Shown: piece after piece, positions 39,301 to 48,529 of the stretch
How the letters are laid out: each line of letters opens with the position of its first letter
Position numbering within the stretch: the stretch's first letter is position 1
IMG/VR virus record: IMGVR_UViG_3300033153_007973
Location: 170,009-234,008 of that record
Reading direction: 5' to 3' (one strand)
Length of the DNA stretch: 64,000 nt
Notes under the pieces: model-generated
Told to the model about the DNA's origin: nothing
The model's input: the letters and a program-made list of their open reading frames with translations, nothing else
The model's database searches: none
Program-made: the position numbers and the translations under genes

Positions 39301-40466
39301 TTATTCTTTACCATCTTGAAGGCGTATGAGATCCTGGAGTCTTCTCCCTTTACTCCACCAGCCATGTTAACATAGAAGTTCTTCTGGTTTACTTGGTAGA
39401 CTCGGATACCGACCTTGTCTTCTTCGGCTGCATCACCGACACATTTTAGCATCCTCGAGAACATTCCTGCTACACACTTAACATCTGTCTCTTTACCCGT
39501 AAGTTTATATGAAGAACCGTTCACTGTTGTACTGAAGCTACCAGATGATGTTTGAACTCCAAGGTGCACGCCCGAAGATTTAAATGCCATTGGGAGTTGT
39601 AGTCCAGGACCAGCCATCATGGTAGCTGTAGAGAGTGCATCTCTGAGTTTCTTGACTGGAACCTCCATGGTACTAGCGACAGTTTTCATAAGACCATGTA
39701 GCTTACGGATCTGCGCAATACCAGTGCCGCCCTCTGTCTTTGAGTATGACATGATTATTTTACATGAGTCGTTCTCGAGTCTGACGATCTTGTCTCCGAT
39801 GCTGATCTTAAGTGGTGCTTTCTTCGTGCTTTGTCCTATGGCTCTGACTGCTTGCATTAGAGATTTAGAGTTTGTCTCTACATCCATAGTACTTGTTATG
39901 CCCTTGTTCTTGATATCAAGGGTTGCGATCACAGAGTTACAACCAATAGCAATATTGGCTTGCCCAGGTTCTGTATGAATAATCACTTTGAAGGTAGCAC
40001 CCTTGACGTCTCCGATAGATAAGCTGGAGATTATCTCTGTGAATACAGAGAGCGTGTTAGGACTCATAACCAAGATATCTTCATAGGTGTCCTTCGCTGC
40101 GTCAACTAACATGGGTTTCATTTGTTCCATGTCTAACTCATTTGCTGACAGGCTGAACCGTCCACCTGGTCCTCTAATCTGTATGTTTTTGCCAATTCGC
40201 ATTTCAACATTGCCTTCCCTACATGTCATAAGGACATTCAGGAATCTTTGGAAGTCAATAGCAATAGGACCAAATGTATCTGGATCCTTTCCCTCTTCGA
40301 CTGGCATTTGCATCACTGTAATCGCGCGTGCGGATGCTGATGAGACAACAGATACCAGGCTTGCTCCTTTAGAAAACAACACCACCCGTTTTGAATCAAT
40401 GGATGGTGCTGTAAGAGATCTTAGCCTGGAGAAATGCTCAACAAGTTCTCCTCCGTTAATCTTCAT
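39297..40466 (-). CDS. divergent beta sliding clamp (DnaN-like)
   Basis: 389 aa, clamp-like size with a repeating alpha/beta pattern ('GPIAIDFQRFLNVL', 'MEVPVKKLRDALSTA'); lies near dnaX and polB. Confidence 0.55.
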   Translation of the reverse strand: MKINGGELVEHFSRLRSLTAPSIDSKRVVLFSKGASLVSVVSSASARAITVMQMPVEEGKDPDTFGPIAIDFQRFLNVLMTCREGNVEMRIGKNIQIRGPGGRFSLSANELDMEQMKPMLVDAAKDTYEDILVMSPNTLSVFTEIISSLSIGDVKGATFKVIIHTEPGQANIAIGCNSVIATLDIKNKGITSTMDVETNSKSLMQAVRAIGQSTKKAPLKISIGDKIVRLENDSCKIIMSYSKTEGGTGIAQIRKLHGLMKTVASTMEVPVKKLRDALSTATMMAGPGLQLPMAFKSSGVHLGVQTSSGSFSTTVNGSSYKLTGKETDVKCVAGMFSRMLKCVGDAAEEDKVGIRVYQVNQKNFYVNMAGGVKGEDSRISYAFKMVKNK

Positions 40467-40494
40467 ATTTATCTCCTTATTAGGGTTTGTTTTA

Positions 40495-40846
40495 GGTGGA
40501 GTAGGTGGGACTCGAACCCACGGCGACTTTTCGCTGGTTCCCGCAAGGGTACTCTAAGCGTACTCACCCTGAGTGGCGCCTAACCCAATAGCTACCCCTG
40601 AGACCCCATAGAGAGCGCCGTCCGACTGTAAGCCAGACAGTCCTCTAATCCTTCTCAGAATCGCTTGGATCTAGGACGATCACGGAGATCCCTCGGCTTT
40701 CGCCATCTTCCTTATACGGGCGCAGGTCATAGACCAAACACGGGCCGAAGCCACTATAATTCCGTGGAAGTGGGATATTCCTGACCTTCCTTGTCATACA
40801 CCATCGAGGCGGGAGGAAAAGTTCTCTTCCGCTGAGATACTACTCC
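40495..40846 (-). ncRNA. tRNA-shelled, tmRNA-like RNA (352 nt)
   Basis: Acceptor GGAGTAG/CTACTCC, A73, CC; D arm TCTC-AGCGGAA-GAGA; stems CTTTTC/GAAAAG and TCCCGC/GCGGGA; T arm GTGGG-TTCGAGT-CCCAC; two H-type pseudoknots inside. Confidence 0.75.
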
Positions 40847-40862
40847 ATATTTTGTGCAGCAG

Positions 40863-41591
40863 TTACTTTCTACTGCGTCTTTTGCTGATTCTTTTCTTCT
40901 TGTATTGGTTCTTACAGTACTTGTTGAATCCTTCATCGGTACCATATGAATCATAGAATGCTTTCCTATGTCTCTTATAGATACGCATAACATCACGAAC
41001 ATACTTAGCGTTTCTTACATTATAATAGTGGTAGTTTCCCCATCCTACATTGTATAGTTCGATGACTACCTTAAGGTTGTCTTCGTCCATTGTACCATCT
41101 TCGTAGTACATGGGATACTTTTTAGCTAGCCATTCAAGAAGGCCAACCCCACCATGAATGTTATTCTCTATGTTATATACTTTCCATTTGTTGAGCTCCC
41201 AGCCAATGATTTTACCATTGGTATTCTTTACTGGGTCAAAGTAGCTTCTTCCAGTTTCCCATTCAGCCTGCTTGGCTCCGAGTCTTACGAGCTGCATCAG
41301 TCCCCTGGCTTTCTTTGGACTGTATGCATATTGCTTGTAAGCACTTTCATTTGACATGATAGCAGTGACTAGTGGAGGCTCAATGATTTGCTTCCTTGTA
41401 GCACTTGCTATCGATTTCATGATTCTTCCCTCGAGCTTAAGTGTCTTGGGAGAATACATCTTCATCTCATTTCTGATCATACTCATAAAACTGTCGCTAC
41501 CGCTATGGAGGTTGCTCTCGGTAATGAGCACGAAGGTCAGGGCGACAAGAGCAATCAGAGTATACTTGATTCGCTTACGCATAGTGTACAC
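40863..41591 (-). CDS. lytic transglycosylase (SLT domain) with N-terminal signal/anchor
   Basis: 'AIMSNESAY', 'SPKKARGLMQL', 'NIHGGVGLL', 'YNVG', 'YVRDV'. Confidence 0.85.
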   Translation of the reverse strand: MYTMRKRIKYTLIALVALTFVLITESNLHSGSDSFMSMIRNEMKMYSPKTLKLEGRIMKSIASATRKQIIEPPLVTAIMSNESAYKQYAYSPKKARGLMQLVRLGAKQAEWETGRSYFDPVKNTNGKIIGWELNKWKVYNIENNIHGGVGLLEWLAKKYPMYYEDGTMDEDNLKVVIELYNVGWGNYHYYNVRNAKYVRDVMRIYKRHRKAFYDSYGTDEGFNKYCKNQYKKKRISKRRSRK

Positions 41592-41612
41592 CTCACTTGT
41601 GGGATGTTATTG

Positions 41613-42236
41613 CTATCCCTTATTTGATCGAGCTCTAATCGCCCAACCTATGGCGAATGACTCGAATCGTTCGTTCTTTTCTCCGAGCTCTACATATCTG
41701 GCTCCTTGCAGGCAGTTCAGATATAACTCAAGAGCTTCTTCGATGTCTTGTCTCTTAGTAGCTATGTTACATGCTGATATTGTCTTGGGACCGACCTTGC
41801 CATCTACGACAAGATCGTCCCATCTCTTTTCTTTCAGGTTCAGGAAGTTTAAGGTTCTCTGAAGGAACTTCTTTGATGTTCCATGTCCGCAGTTAACTGC
41901 GGTATCGAAGTACTCCATGGCGATGAGCTTGGACTCAATCTTGTCTGCCTTGAGTGGCTTCCAGAACTCAGTCAGGTAGAAGTCTTTGACCTCTACTTGA
42001 AGTTGTATATCCTCATGCAGATGAGTTTCTAGCCGTTTCTTTCCGGCCTTTGATTTCAGATCGATTTCAAGCATATCTACTTTGTAGTTATCGATAATTA
42101 TCCAGCCTTTCCAGTTCGGAAAGATCCGGCGAGCACACCCGCGGTATGTCTCTCCGCCTGGATCATCTGGATGATTTACATAGTCACCTTCGAGCTTAAG
42201 TGTATGCTCATATGCAGTATTAAAGTTATCGCTCAT
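41613..42236 (-). CDS. GH108 muramidase with peptidoglycan-binding domain
   Basis: 'LEGDYVNHPDDPGGETYRG', 'FDTAVNCG', 'LQRTLN..VDGKVGPKT'; SD AGGAGG before 42236. Confidence 0.88.
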   Translation of the reverse strand: MSDNFNTAYEHTLKLEGDYVNHPDDPGGETYRGCARRIFPNWKGWIIIDNYKVDMLEIDLKSKAGKKRLETHLHEDIQLQVEVKDFYLTEFWKPLKADKIESKLIAMEYFDTAVNCGHGTSKKFLQRTLNFLNLKEKRWDDLVVDGKVGPKTISACNIATKRQDIEEALELYLNCLQGARYVELGEKNERFESFAIGWAIRARSNKG

Positions 42237-42289
42237 CTTTTTCCTCCTGAGACGGTATTTTATTCCCGCCCATATTTTCTCGATTGACA

Positions 42290-43039
42290 CTATTTGTCCT
42301 CGATGTCCTCTTCTTTTGTAGTACTAATGATATGGTTATGATCGTTACTGTCTACCATAGCTGTACGATCTTGAGTCGAGAATGACATAATCTGTGCATT
42401 GTTTATGTCTGTATTAGTGTTAGAACGCATCATAGATACGTTACGAGATGTGATACCATATGACTTATGTACTCCAGCGGAGTCATGTGAATAGTGTGCA
42501 GCCATGTTTGCATTAAAGCCCATGGATGTTGCCTGTTGGATGGCATCCTGTCCGGCGCCAAGGAATACAAATTGCCAGTGTTCCTTAAGCTTGTTAATGG
42601 TATCTTGAACCTGGTTGTGTTTGTATTCCATACTCATGTTCTCTTCACCGTCAGTGATGACAACTATAACAACATTGGTTGGTTTCTCCTCGATATTTAT
42701 GATGGATTCCTTCTTGCTGGCTACGGCCATCCCGATAGCATCTAGAAGAGCAGTTCCACCACGTGGTATGAACGTTTTTGCAGTCAGTTCGGGGACGTCC
42801 TGAATGTCCTTGTCTTTATAGACAACTTCATACTGGTTGTCGAATTGAACCAGAGTCATTCTGGCCTTACCTTTCACTGCCTTCTGTTCATCAATGAACT
42901 TGTTGAAACCAGTGATAGTAGGCTCGAGTACTGTATTCATCGAACCTGATCTATCTAGAATTACTGTGATATCAGTAACACCATCCTTCTTGTCATTACT
43001 CATATTAGCCTGCGGGTCGAACAGTTCTGCGTCGCTCAT
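42290..43039 (-). CDS. vWA-domain protein
   Basis: MIDAS 'VILDRSGSM', 'GGTALLDAIG', 'ITDGEEN', 'WQFVFLGA'. Confidence 0.88.
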   Translation of the reverse strand: MSDAELFDPQANMSNDKKDGVTDITVILDRSGSMNTVLEPTITGFNKFIDEQKAVKGKARMTLVQFDNQYEVVYKDKDIQDVPELTAKTFIPRGGTALLDAIGMAVASKKESIINIEEKPTNVVIVVITDGEENMSMEYKHNQVQDTINKLKEHWQFVFLGAGQDAIQQATSMGFNANMAAHYSHDSAGVHKSYGITSRNVSMMRSNTNTDINNAQIMSFSTQDRTAMVDSNDHNHIISTTKEEDIEDK

Positions 43040-43050
43040 TTTGATCTCCT

Positions 43051-45501
43051 TTATAGTATGTTGCCGGAGACATCAAAGATATCTACCAGCTCTATTGCTT
43101 CTTGATCCTCATTTGTCATGTGGATCAAGTCTCCAAGTATACGCTCTACCATCTCGAAGTAATATTCGTTATCGATTCTACCTAACTGAGTAGAATCGTG
43201 GACATTAAGTGGTTCATATTCTTTCTTCCCAGTAAGTGGGCTCTTCACGACGATGTACTCTAGTACATCGCCTCCACTGGGAGTGAATCCGAATAATGTT
43301 TGGTACTGGTTTACCAAGCTTACTACTAAACTTGATGATGATGTTGCTACTCTATCAGCAAATGTTGATGTAGCATGCATATTGAAGTTATCATCATCCG
43401 AGAGTGCCTTGATCTTTCCTCCTGTCATACCATAATCTTCGACGTTCTTTGACATTCTCATCGAAAGCATATAGTCTTCAACTGGTAGGTTAGCAAAGTC
43501 TAGAGACTGAGTTTTGCATTGTTCAGCTGTAAGAGTTTCATTAATAGCATAATCTGTTAAGAAATTTACTGCTCGTCTGTGTACAGCAGCTGCCTTTGAT
43601 GATTTAAATGCTGCACCATGCTTAATGATCTTACCACCTTTTTCTCTGACAATGTAGTTCTTCATCTTGTAGAAGTATCCAGCATCAAACTCTTCTTCTT
43701 CGAGCTCAAGTTTGTTATCTGTGATACCAAACTTTGTTTTAACTATCTCTTGTATATATGTGTTGATTTCCTTAACCGGCAAATCTGCTGTCGTGATAAC
43801 ACCATCAGTATCTACTTCTATTACACATTCTGGTCCGGATTTATCTCGGAGGAATTGCATAACCTCCTTAAGAAAGTATCTACCCATGCCAGTAATTGTA
43901 ATACCTATAGGAAGGTATCCAATGGTGTATCTGTTTGCAAGAATACCATATGCTGAATTGGCACACACCTTTATATACCACTGCTGTGAATCTAGCTTCT
44001 GGAACTTGATGTCACCTTTCTCAAGTCCCTTGATCTCTTCCTTAAGCTTGCTTCTTTCATCAAGTAAGCTATCAAGCATCTTTGGAACCATGCCTCTCTC
44101 TGATAGATCAATGTGAACTACGATGGTTCTCTTTAGGATTTCATCTGGAATACCTAGGATTAACTCATTATTCTGTTCGTCTTTGTTTATTATAAAGTCT
44201 TCTTGATAAGAAAGAATATCATTGATGGAATCGAACCTTACTGTTTCGTAGCTAAGGTTAAACGTTTGGATCAAGGAGGGATACAGTGATCTAAAATCAT
44301 ACTTCTTCATGTTCTTGATCTTACCTGTTCGATAAATACCTACGAGAGCTCCTTGGAAGTCTTTACTGAATCCGTTTTCTAGTGAGAGTTTATAGAACTC
44401 ATCATAATATCTGGAGTAATTATTATCAACCGCAATGATATCGCTCTTTAGCATCTCTTTCATCATATGAAGTGTCGCAATACCACCACTAGTGCGGCTC
44501 ATAATTTGTCCCAAGGGAACATTTAGTTTCTCAGCGAACTCTATGTTCTGTCCTATGTAGACTTGTTCAAGTCGTTCTGTGATGTTAACATCTGATGTGA
44601 GATACTCTCTGAGTTCGCTTCTGCCGGATTCAGTCTTCATCATATCCATGATGTTTTTGATACCTGTCTCAAGTTCAATGATGGAGTCACTCTCTTTGTC
44701 AGTAAGAAAGTACTTGGCTAGTGTCTTCATCTTCTTGTTTTCGAGACCCATCAGCTTCTGGTCTTTCATAACATCAACTGCATATATATCATAGCTTAGT
44801 CGGCCAGCCATATTAGATCGAGCGTTCTTTCCCTCAGTCATAGCTAGTATCTTAGTGAGGTGATCTCCTGGTATTGTAATTCCTTCATCAGGTTTGAATC
44901 CCTTTCGGATGAAAAGTTCATTATGTGGAACCTTGCAGATTTCCATTCTTGTTCTAAGATATGGAATATCAAACTTCCATCCGTTATATGTGACAATAAT
45001 GTCTGGGTCTAGTTCATTGATCTTACTCATGAAGTCTCGTAGTAACTGAGTATCCTCCATGCCTTTGGCTCTCATATCAAAGCTGTCAAGAATAGTAACA
45101 TCCTTGTCTCCAGACATCTTGTATCCTATCATGGCTGCAGCATTGCGCTCTGCCCGCGGGAACATACCAGAGCCGTCGGATGCTACCTCAATATCTAAGC
45201 GCATGATCCTGGGTTCTCTCTCCCATGTAGCTTTCTTTACAAAGTCAGGATTTGTGACATATAGGTGAGCCATATATCCAAATGGATAGGATGCACATTG
45301 TTTAGACCAATCTCTTAGTGAGAGCATTCGTTCATTGACTTGTTTCCATCCGCGACCAACGACAAACGCACTCTTGTCTCCTACTTCTACGATGTCATAC
45401 TTTGGTACTTTGGGGGGATGAGTGATAGCAATAGTACCATCTTCTTGGACAATATGTAAGAGATCTTGGAATGGAAAGATGTTAAGAGGTACTTTCATCA
45501 T
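43051..45501 (-). CDS. polB: family B DNA polymerase
   Basis: ExoI 'LDIEV', ExoII 'YNGWKFDIPY', ExoIII 'YLTSDV', motif A 'YDFRSLYPS', B 'KVCANSAYG', C 'VDTDG'; SD GGAGAAGG before 45501. Confidence 0.95.
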   Translation of the reverse strand: MMKVPLNIFPFQDLLHIVQEDGTIAITHPPKVPKYDIVEVGDKSAFVVGRGWKQVNERMLSLRDWSKQCASYPFGYMAHLYVTNPDFVKKATWEREPRIMRLDIEVASDGSGMFPRAERNAAAMIGYKMSGDKDVTILDSFDMRAKGMEDTQLLRDFMSKINELDPDIIVTYNGWKFDIPYLRTRMEICKVPHNELFIRKGFKPDEGITIPGDHLTKILAMTEGKNARSNMAGRLSYDIYAVDVMKDQKLMGLENKKMKTLAKYFLTDKESDSIIELETGIKNIMDMMKTESGRSELREYLTSDVNITERLEQVYIGQNIEFAEKLNVPLGQIMSRTSGGIATLHMMKEMLKSDIIAVDNNYSRYYDEFYKLSLENGFSKDFQGALVGIYRTGKIKNMKKYDFRSLYPSLIQTFNLSYETVRFDSINDILSYQEDFIINKDEQNNELILGIPDEILKRTIVVHIDLSERGMVPKMLDSLLDERSKLKEEIKGLEKGDIKFQKLDSQQWYIKVCANSAYGILANRYTIGYLPIGITITGMGRYFLKEVMQFLRDKSGPECVIEVDTDGVITTADLPVKEINTYIQEIVKTKFGITDNKLELEEEEFDAGYFYKMKNYIVREKGGKIIKHGAAFKSSKAAAVHRRAVNFLTDYAINETLTAEQCKTQSLDFANLPVEDYMLSMRMSKNVEDYGMTGGKIKALSDDDNFNMHATSTFADRVATSSSSLVVSLVNQYQTLFGFTPSGGDVLEYIVVKSPLTGKKEYEPLNVHDSTQLGRIDNEYYFEMVERILGDLIHMTNEDQEAIELVDIFDVSGNIL

Positions 45502-45955
45502 CCTTCTCCAGTATAATTGTATCTGTAGTCTGTATGATATACTCTGGATCCATGATGATATCCCGAACATTAATAATACCATCATCTGGAGAAATATTAC
45601 ATGCTGTACCAAGAATATTCTTAAGATTCCTAAGAGTAACAGATTTGAATGGAATAACTTTGTCTCCCATCTTCATCATCATTCTGAGTGTTTCCTTATC
45701 CTTCCTGAAGTACACAGACACTGTATCATTGTTTTCATTCATCTGTACAGGAAGGAAGTTTATACTAATGTCATTTCCTTCTGGAGATTTCCTATAGTAT
45801 AAGAGGACTTGAGTTCCATCACTTACTACCATTAAGCGAGCATACTCTTCTCCACCATAAAGACGAACCTTCATAAAGCTCGTTACATCTGAGCCAGTCA
45901 TATCTCCATCAAGAATATCATAACAGGTGCTAGCTATTTTCTCCGTTATTCGCAT
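45482..45955 (-). CDS. hypothetical protein
   Basis: SD AGGAG before ATG 45955. Confidence 0.5.
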   Translation of the reverse strand: MRITEKIASTCYDILDGDMTGSDVTSFMKVRLYGGEEYARLMVVSDGTQVLLYYRKSPEGNDISINFLPVQMNENNDTVSVYFRKDKETLRMMMKMGDKVIPFKSVTLRNLKNILGTACNISPDDGIINVRDIIMDPEYIIQTTDTIILEKDDESTS

Positions 45956-46238
45956 TTGGATCTCCTGGTGTCGGATCAACTGCTTCATCGTTTGTTGATT
46001 CTTTCTTCTCTGCTTTTTGAGCTGCTTGTTTCTGAAATGCTTCGGTGAAGCTCTTTAACATGTTTGCAGACTCTGTCGAGATTTCATCTTTAGTTAGAAC
46101 ACCTTTCTTTTCCAAGACTCGGATCGTTGCTTCTTGTACAGTAACGATCGCTGAAAGCATGGCTTTCAGTTGAGCTATTGTTGGTTCTTTTCCGGCTGGA
46201 ATATCAAATGGATTTGTACTTACTGGCTGATCTGGCAT
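45930..46238 (-). CDS. hypothetical protein
   Basis: SD GGAG; acidic tail. Confidence 0.5.
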   Translation of the reverse strand: MPDQPVSTNPFDIPAGKEPTIAQLKAMLSAIVTVQEATIRVLEKKGVLTKDEISTESANMLKSFTEAFQKQAAQKAEKKESTNDEAVDPTPGDPNANNGENS

Positions 46239-46247
46239 CTTAGTCTC

Positions 46248-46466
46248 CTAGTATCCTCTTCGTGTTTCCCAGCCCTTCAAGTCTGGGTGTTTAATGTCTT
46301 TCATTAATTCATACATAAGATTGTCAGCTTCGAGGATAGATGCTCGGAGTGCTTTCCATAAGACCTCTTTCCCCTTAGCTTCTTCCACTTCTTTGTGTTC
46401 AATAATGATAGCATGCGTTCTGACTAACGCTGTATCTAGCTTGTTTATTATTTCGTATGTATTCAT
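46248..46466 (-). CDS. hypothetical protein
   Basis: First ORF downstream of the promoter at 46589-46617; no SD. Confidence 0.45.
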   Translation of the reverse strand: MNTYEIINKLDTALVRTHAIIIEHKEVEEAKGKEVLWKALRASILEADNLMYELMKDIKHPDLKGWETRRGY

Positions 46467-46588
46467 ATGTTAAAGGTTAATAGTAGCGCTCTTTTTAAAG
46501 CTGCTTCGGCAGGGAGAAAGAGCGCCAGAAACCCAAGGGAGGAAGCAGTGCATCGTACATATGCTATTATGTTTAACACGTTGAAGCA

Positions 46589-46617
46589 ATTGTAAATGAT
46601 CATCTGTAATATGTCAA
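46589..46617 (-). promoter_or_regulatory. near-consensus sigma70 promoter
   Basis: Minus strand TTGACA(46617-46612), 17 nt, TACAAT(46594-46589). Confidence 0.75.
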
Positions 46618-47634
46618 CTACTTTTTTCGAGGAAATGTCTTCATAATTTCCTCATCAGAGGGATATGGTTCTTTGCCAGATCTGCCTAGACAGAGAGCTT
46701 TATGATCACAATATCCACATTGCCAGTCTTTGGGAGATAGCTTATTGTTTTGCCAGTCTGTAAATGCTTTCTTGGTCATGAATTCGGCGTTTCTCATTGC
46801 TTGAATCTTAGCTTCACTCCAACATGGATCTGCATCTCGAGGTGGAATAGTCTTATTGACCATATGTTCACCTAGCTCAAGATATCTTGAGTAGATATCT
46901 CTTAACGAGACATCTTTATAGGTTTGTCCGTCGATGATAGGATAACCATTAATTACTTTGCCGTCGTCATCCTTTACTTCTTCGAGCTCAATGATAAATG
47001 TTCCCTCTTCAGCGTCACTCCTATCTATGTAATGGAGCAATGCATATTTTATAGTGGTATCTTTCTCTCTGAGAACTTGGAGATATATTAGTGCCTGCAT
47101 GAGATGCCCGATCTTTGGTCGACCACCTGGATTTGTCTTTGTTCCAAAGACTTGTTTCTTTGCCCAGTATCCATAGAAACTCTTGATTTCGTTGATGTAT
47201 TTATCATCTCCGTCCTTAAGAACTGAGTCGACTTCCATCTTGAGAATACATGTGGGAGTAAGCATATGTGTTAACCGTACGTTTTTGTTCACTAGAATAC
47301 CAGCATGATGAGAATATTCGTGCTCTTGTGCTTCAATAGCTTTTCCCATTGCCATCTTTCTTCTCCCTGCGGCATTAGGTGGGTCGGTAACTTCGAAGCC
47401 CATTTTCTTTAACCAGACAGATCTTCGACATGATCCTTCTAGTCTGGAGAATTCACCAGGACCGGGAATCATGACACTAGCACTGCTCGGTGATACATAA
47501 GCAACACCTTCACGTTTCTCTCCCTCTTCCTCGAGAACTCTCTTCCTGAATTCTCCATATTCAAATTTATCCCAGATGATTATGCCATCGTGTATTGCTT
47601 TAATGTGTTTGCTCTTAGTTTCAGTGTGATTCAT
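46618..47634 (-). CDS. Cas4-like PD-(D/E)XK exonuclease
   Basis: 'SPSSA..GSCRRSVW', 'MEVDSVL...INEIKS', 'QALIY', 'CGYCDHKALC'. Confidence 0.85.
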   Translation of the reverse strand: MNHTETKSKHIKAIHDGIIIWDKFEYGEFRKRVLEEEGEKREGVAYVSPSSASVMIPGPGEFSRLEGSCRRSVWLKKMGFEVTDPPNAAGRRKMAMGKAIEAQEHEYSHHAGILVNKNVRLTHMLTPTCILKMEVDSVLKDGDDKYINEIKSFYGYWAKKQVFGTKTNPGGRPKIGHLMQALIYLQVLREKDTTIKYALLHYIDRSDAEEGTFIIELEEVKDDDGKVINGYPIIDGQTYKDVSLRDIYSRYLELGEHMVNKTIPPRDADPCWSEAKIQAMRNAEFMTKKAFTDWQNNKLSPKDWQCGYCDHKALCLGRSGKEPYPSDEEIMKTFPRKK

Positions 47635-47863
47635 TATTTCTCCTTGCTTCTTTATTAATCTGGATCATTCGAAATGCTAAAGTAATGGTTTGCTTAATCT
47701 TCTCATCTGTGAGTTCTTCCCCGTCAATATGACTGGGGAATTCTACACGCTCAATACATACGTACTTTTTATGCATCGAATTGTTTTTAGTAGTAATGCC
47801 AGCAAAGAAACCGACAGCTACGATCATCAATGTTAGTATAATGTTCTTGATAGTATTGCTCAT
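47621..47863 (-). CDS. small membrane protein
   Basis: N-terminal TM 'IILTLMIVAVGFFAGI'. Confidence 0.45.
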   Translation of the reverse strand: MSNTIKNIILTLMIVAVGFFAGITTKNNSMHKKYVCIERVEFPSHIDGEELTDEKIKQTITLAFRMIQINKEARRNNESH

Positions 47864-47876
47864 ACCCTCTGCCTCC

Positions 47877-48188
47877 TTAATCTTTCTTGCCATAGAGCCA
47901 TGCCTCCGGGACTTCGAAGTCTACTGCCATGACACCTGAATCTGACAGTGTGATTGATCCGTGACCCGTCATTGGAATCAACTCTTTTGGGACTGTACCA
48001 TTGAGTGTAATGTGACCGTCTCCTGCACTCAGTGAGAATACGAATCCGTTATAGCTAGCGTTGATCTTTATGATCTCATGTTTGCGCATACGTGCACTTG
48101 CTTCTGCAAATGCATGTTCGAATGGTGCTGCACGAATGAATCTGTCAACTTTTTCATGTCCTTCTTTGTCTGTGATCTTTATCTCCAT
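47877..48188 (-). CDS. hypothetical protein
   Basis: SD AAGGAG. Confidence 0.5.
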   Translation of the reverse strand: MEIKITDKEGHEKVDRFIRAAPFEHAFAEASARMRKHEIIKINASYNGFVFSLSAGDGHITLNGTVPKELIPMTGHGSITLSDSGVMAVDFEVPEAWLYGKKD

Positions 48189-48226
48189 GTCAAGCTCCTT
48201 CGGAAAAATTATTGCGGGGAACGGTT

Positions 48227-48529
48227 TTAGTCCCCTTTAAGGGACACTTCCTTCTCCAGCTTGGATCTGGTGCGTTTTAGCTTATCTTCTAGATGTTGAA
48301 GGATAAGAACGATACTCCAATCATCATCAGTATGTCTGATTCTCTGGACTAGAGGATCTAGAACATAATTCATTTGGCTGATATAATCTTCACCATGATA
48401 ATCATCTCCCTCTTTATAGAGGGATTTTGCATGCGTGATGATGTCTTCTTCCTCACATCCAATTTCATTAAGAGTTTTCTTGTATCTGTTTAGAATTTCC
48501 TGAAGATCATCAATTCTCCCCTTCAGCAT
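48227..48529 (-). CDS. hypothetical protein
   Basis: Coiled-coil-like, acidic. Confidence 0.45.
   Translation of the reverse strand: MLKGRIDDLQEILNRYKKTLNEIGCEEEDIITHAKSLYKEGDDYHGEDYISQMNYVLDPLVQRIRHTDDDWSIVLILQHLEDKLKRTRSKLEKEVSLKGD

Noticed and set aside
40626-40642. Hairpin ACTGT-CTGGCTT-ACAGT resembling an Ala(GGC) anticodon arm
   Set aside because: Position 37 is a pyrimidine and the arm is not placed between D and T arms; treated as part of the RNA body.
40533-40815. Group I intron or archaeal BHB intron in a tRNA-Trp(CCA)/Gly(CCC)
   Set aside because: A 7-nt loop can be assembled on paper (CT CCA GC or CT CCC GC). But splicing after U33 leaves an intron ending in A rather than G, no U-G P1 pair or P7/R/S elements were found, and no bulge-helix-bulge forms. 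Not fully excluded without a covariance search.
40754-41002. 82-aa ORF from the track
   Set aside because: Overlaps the SLT gene out of frame and the structured RNA; no SD or protein motif.
46618-47634. CRISPR-Cas system
   Set aside because: Only solo Cas4-like nucleases are present; no repeat-spacer array and no cas1/cas2 or effector genes were seen in the window.
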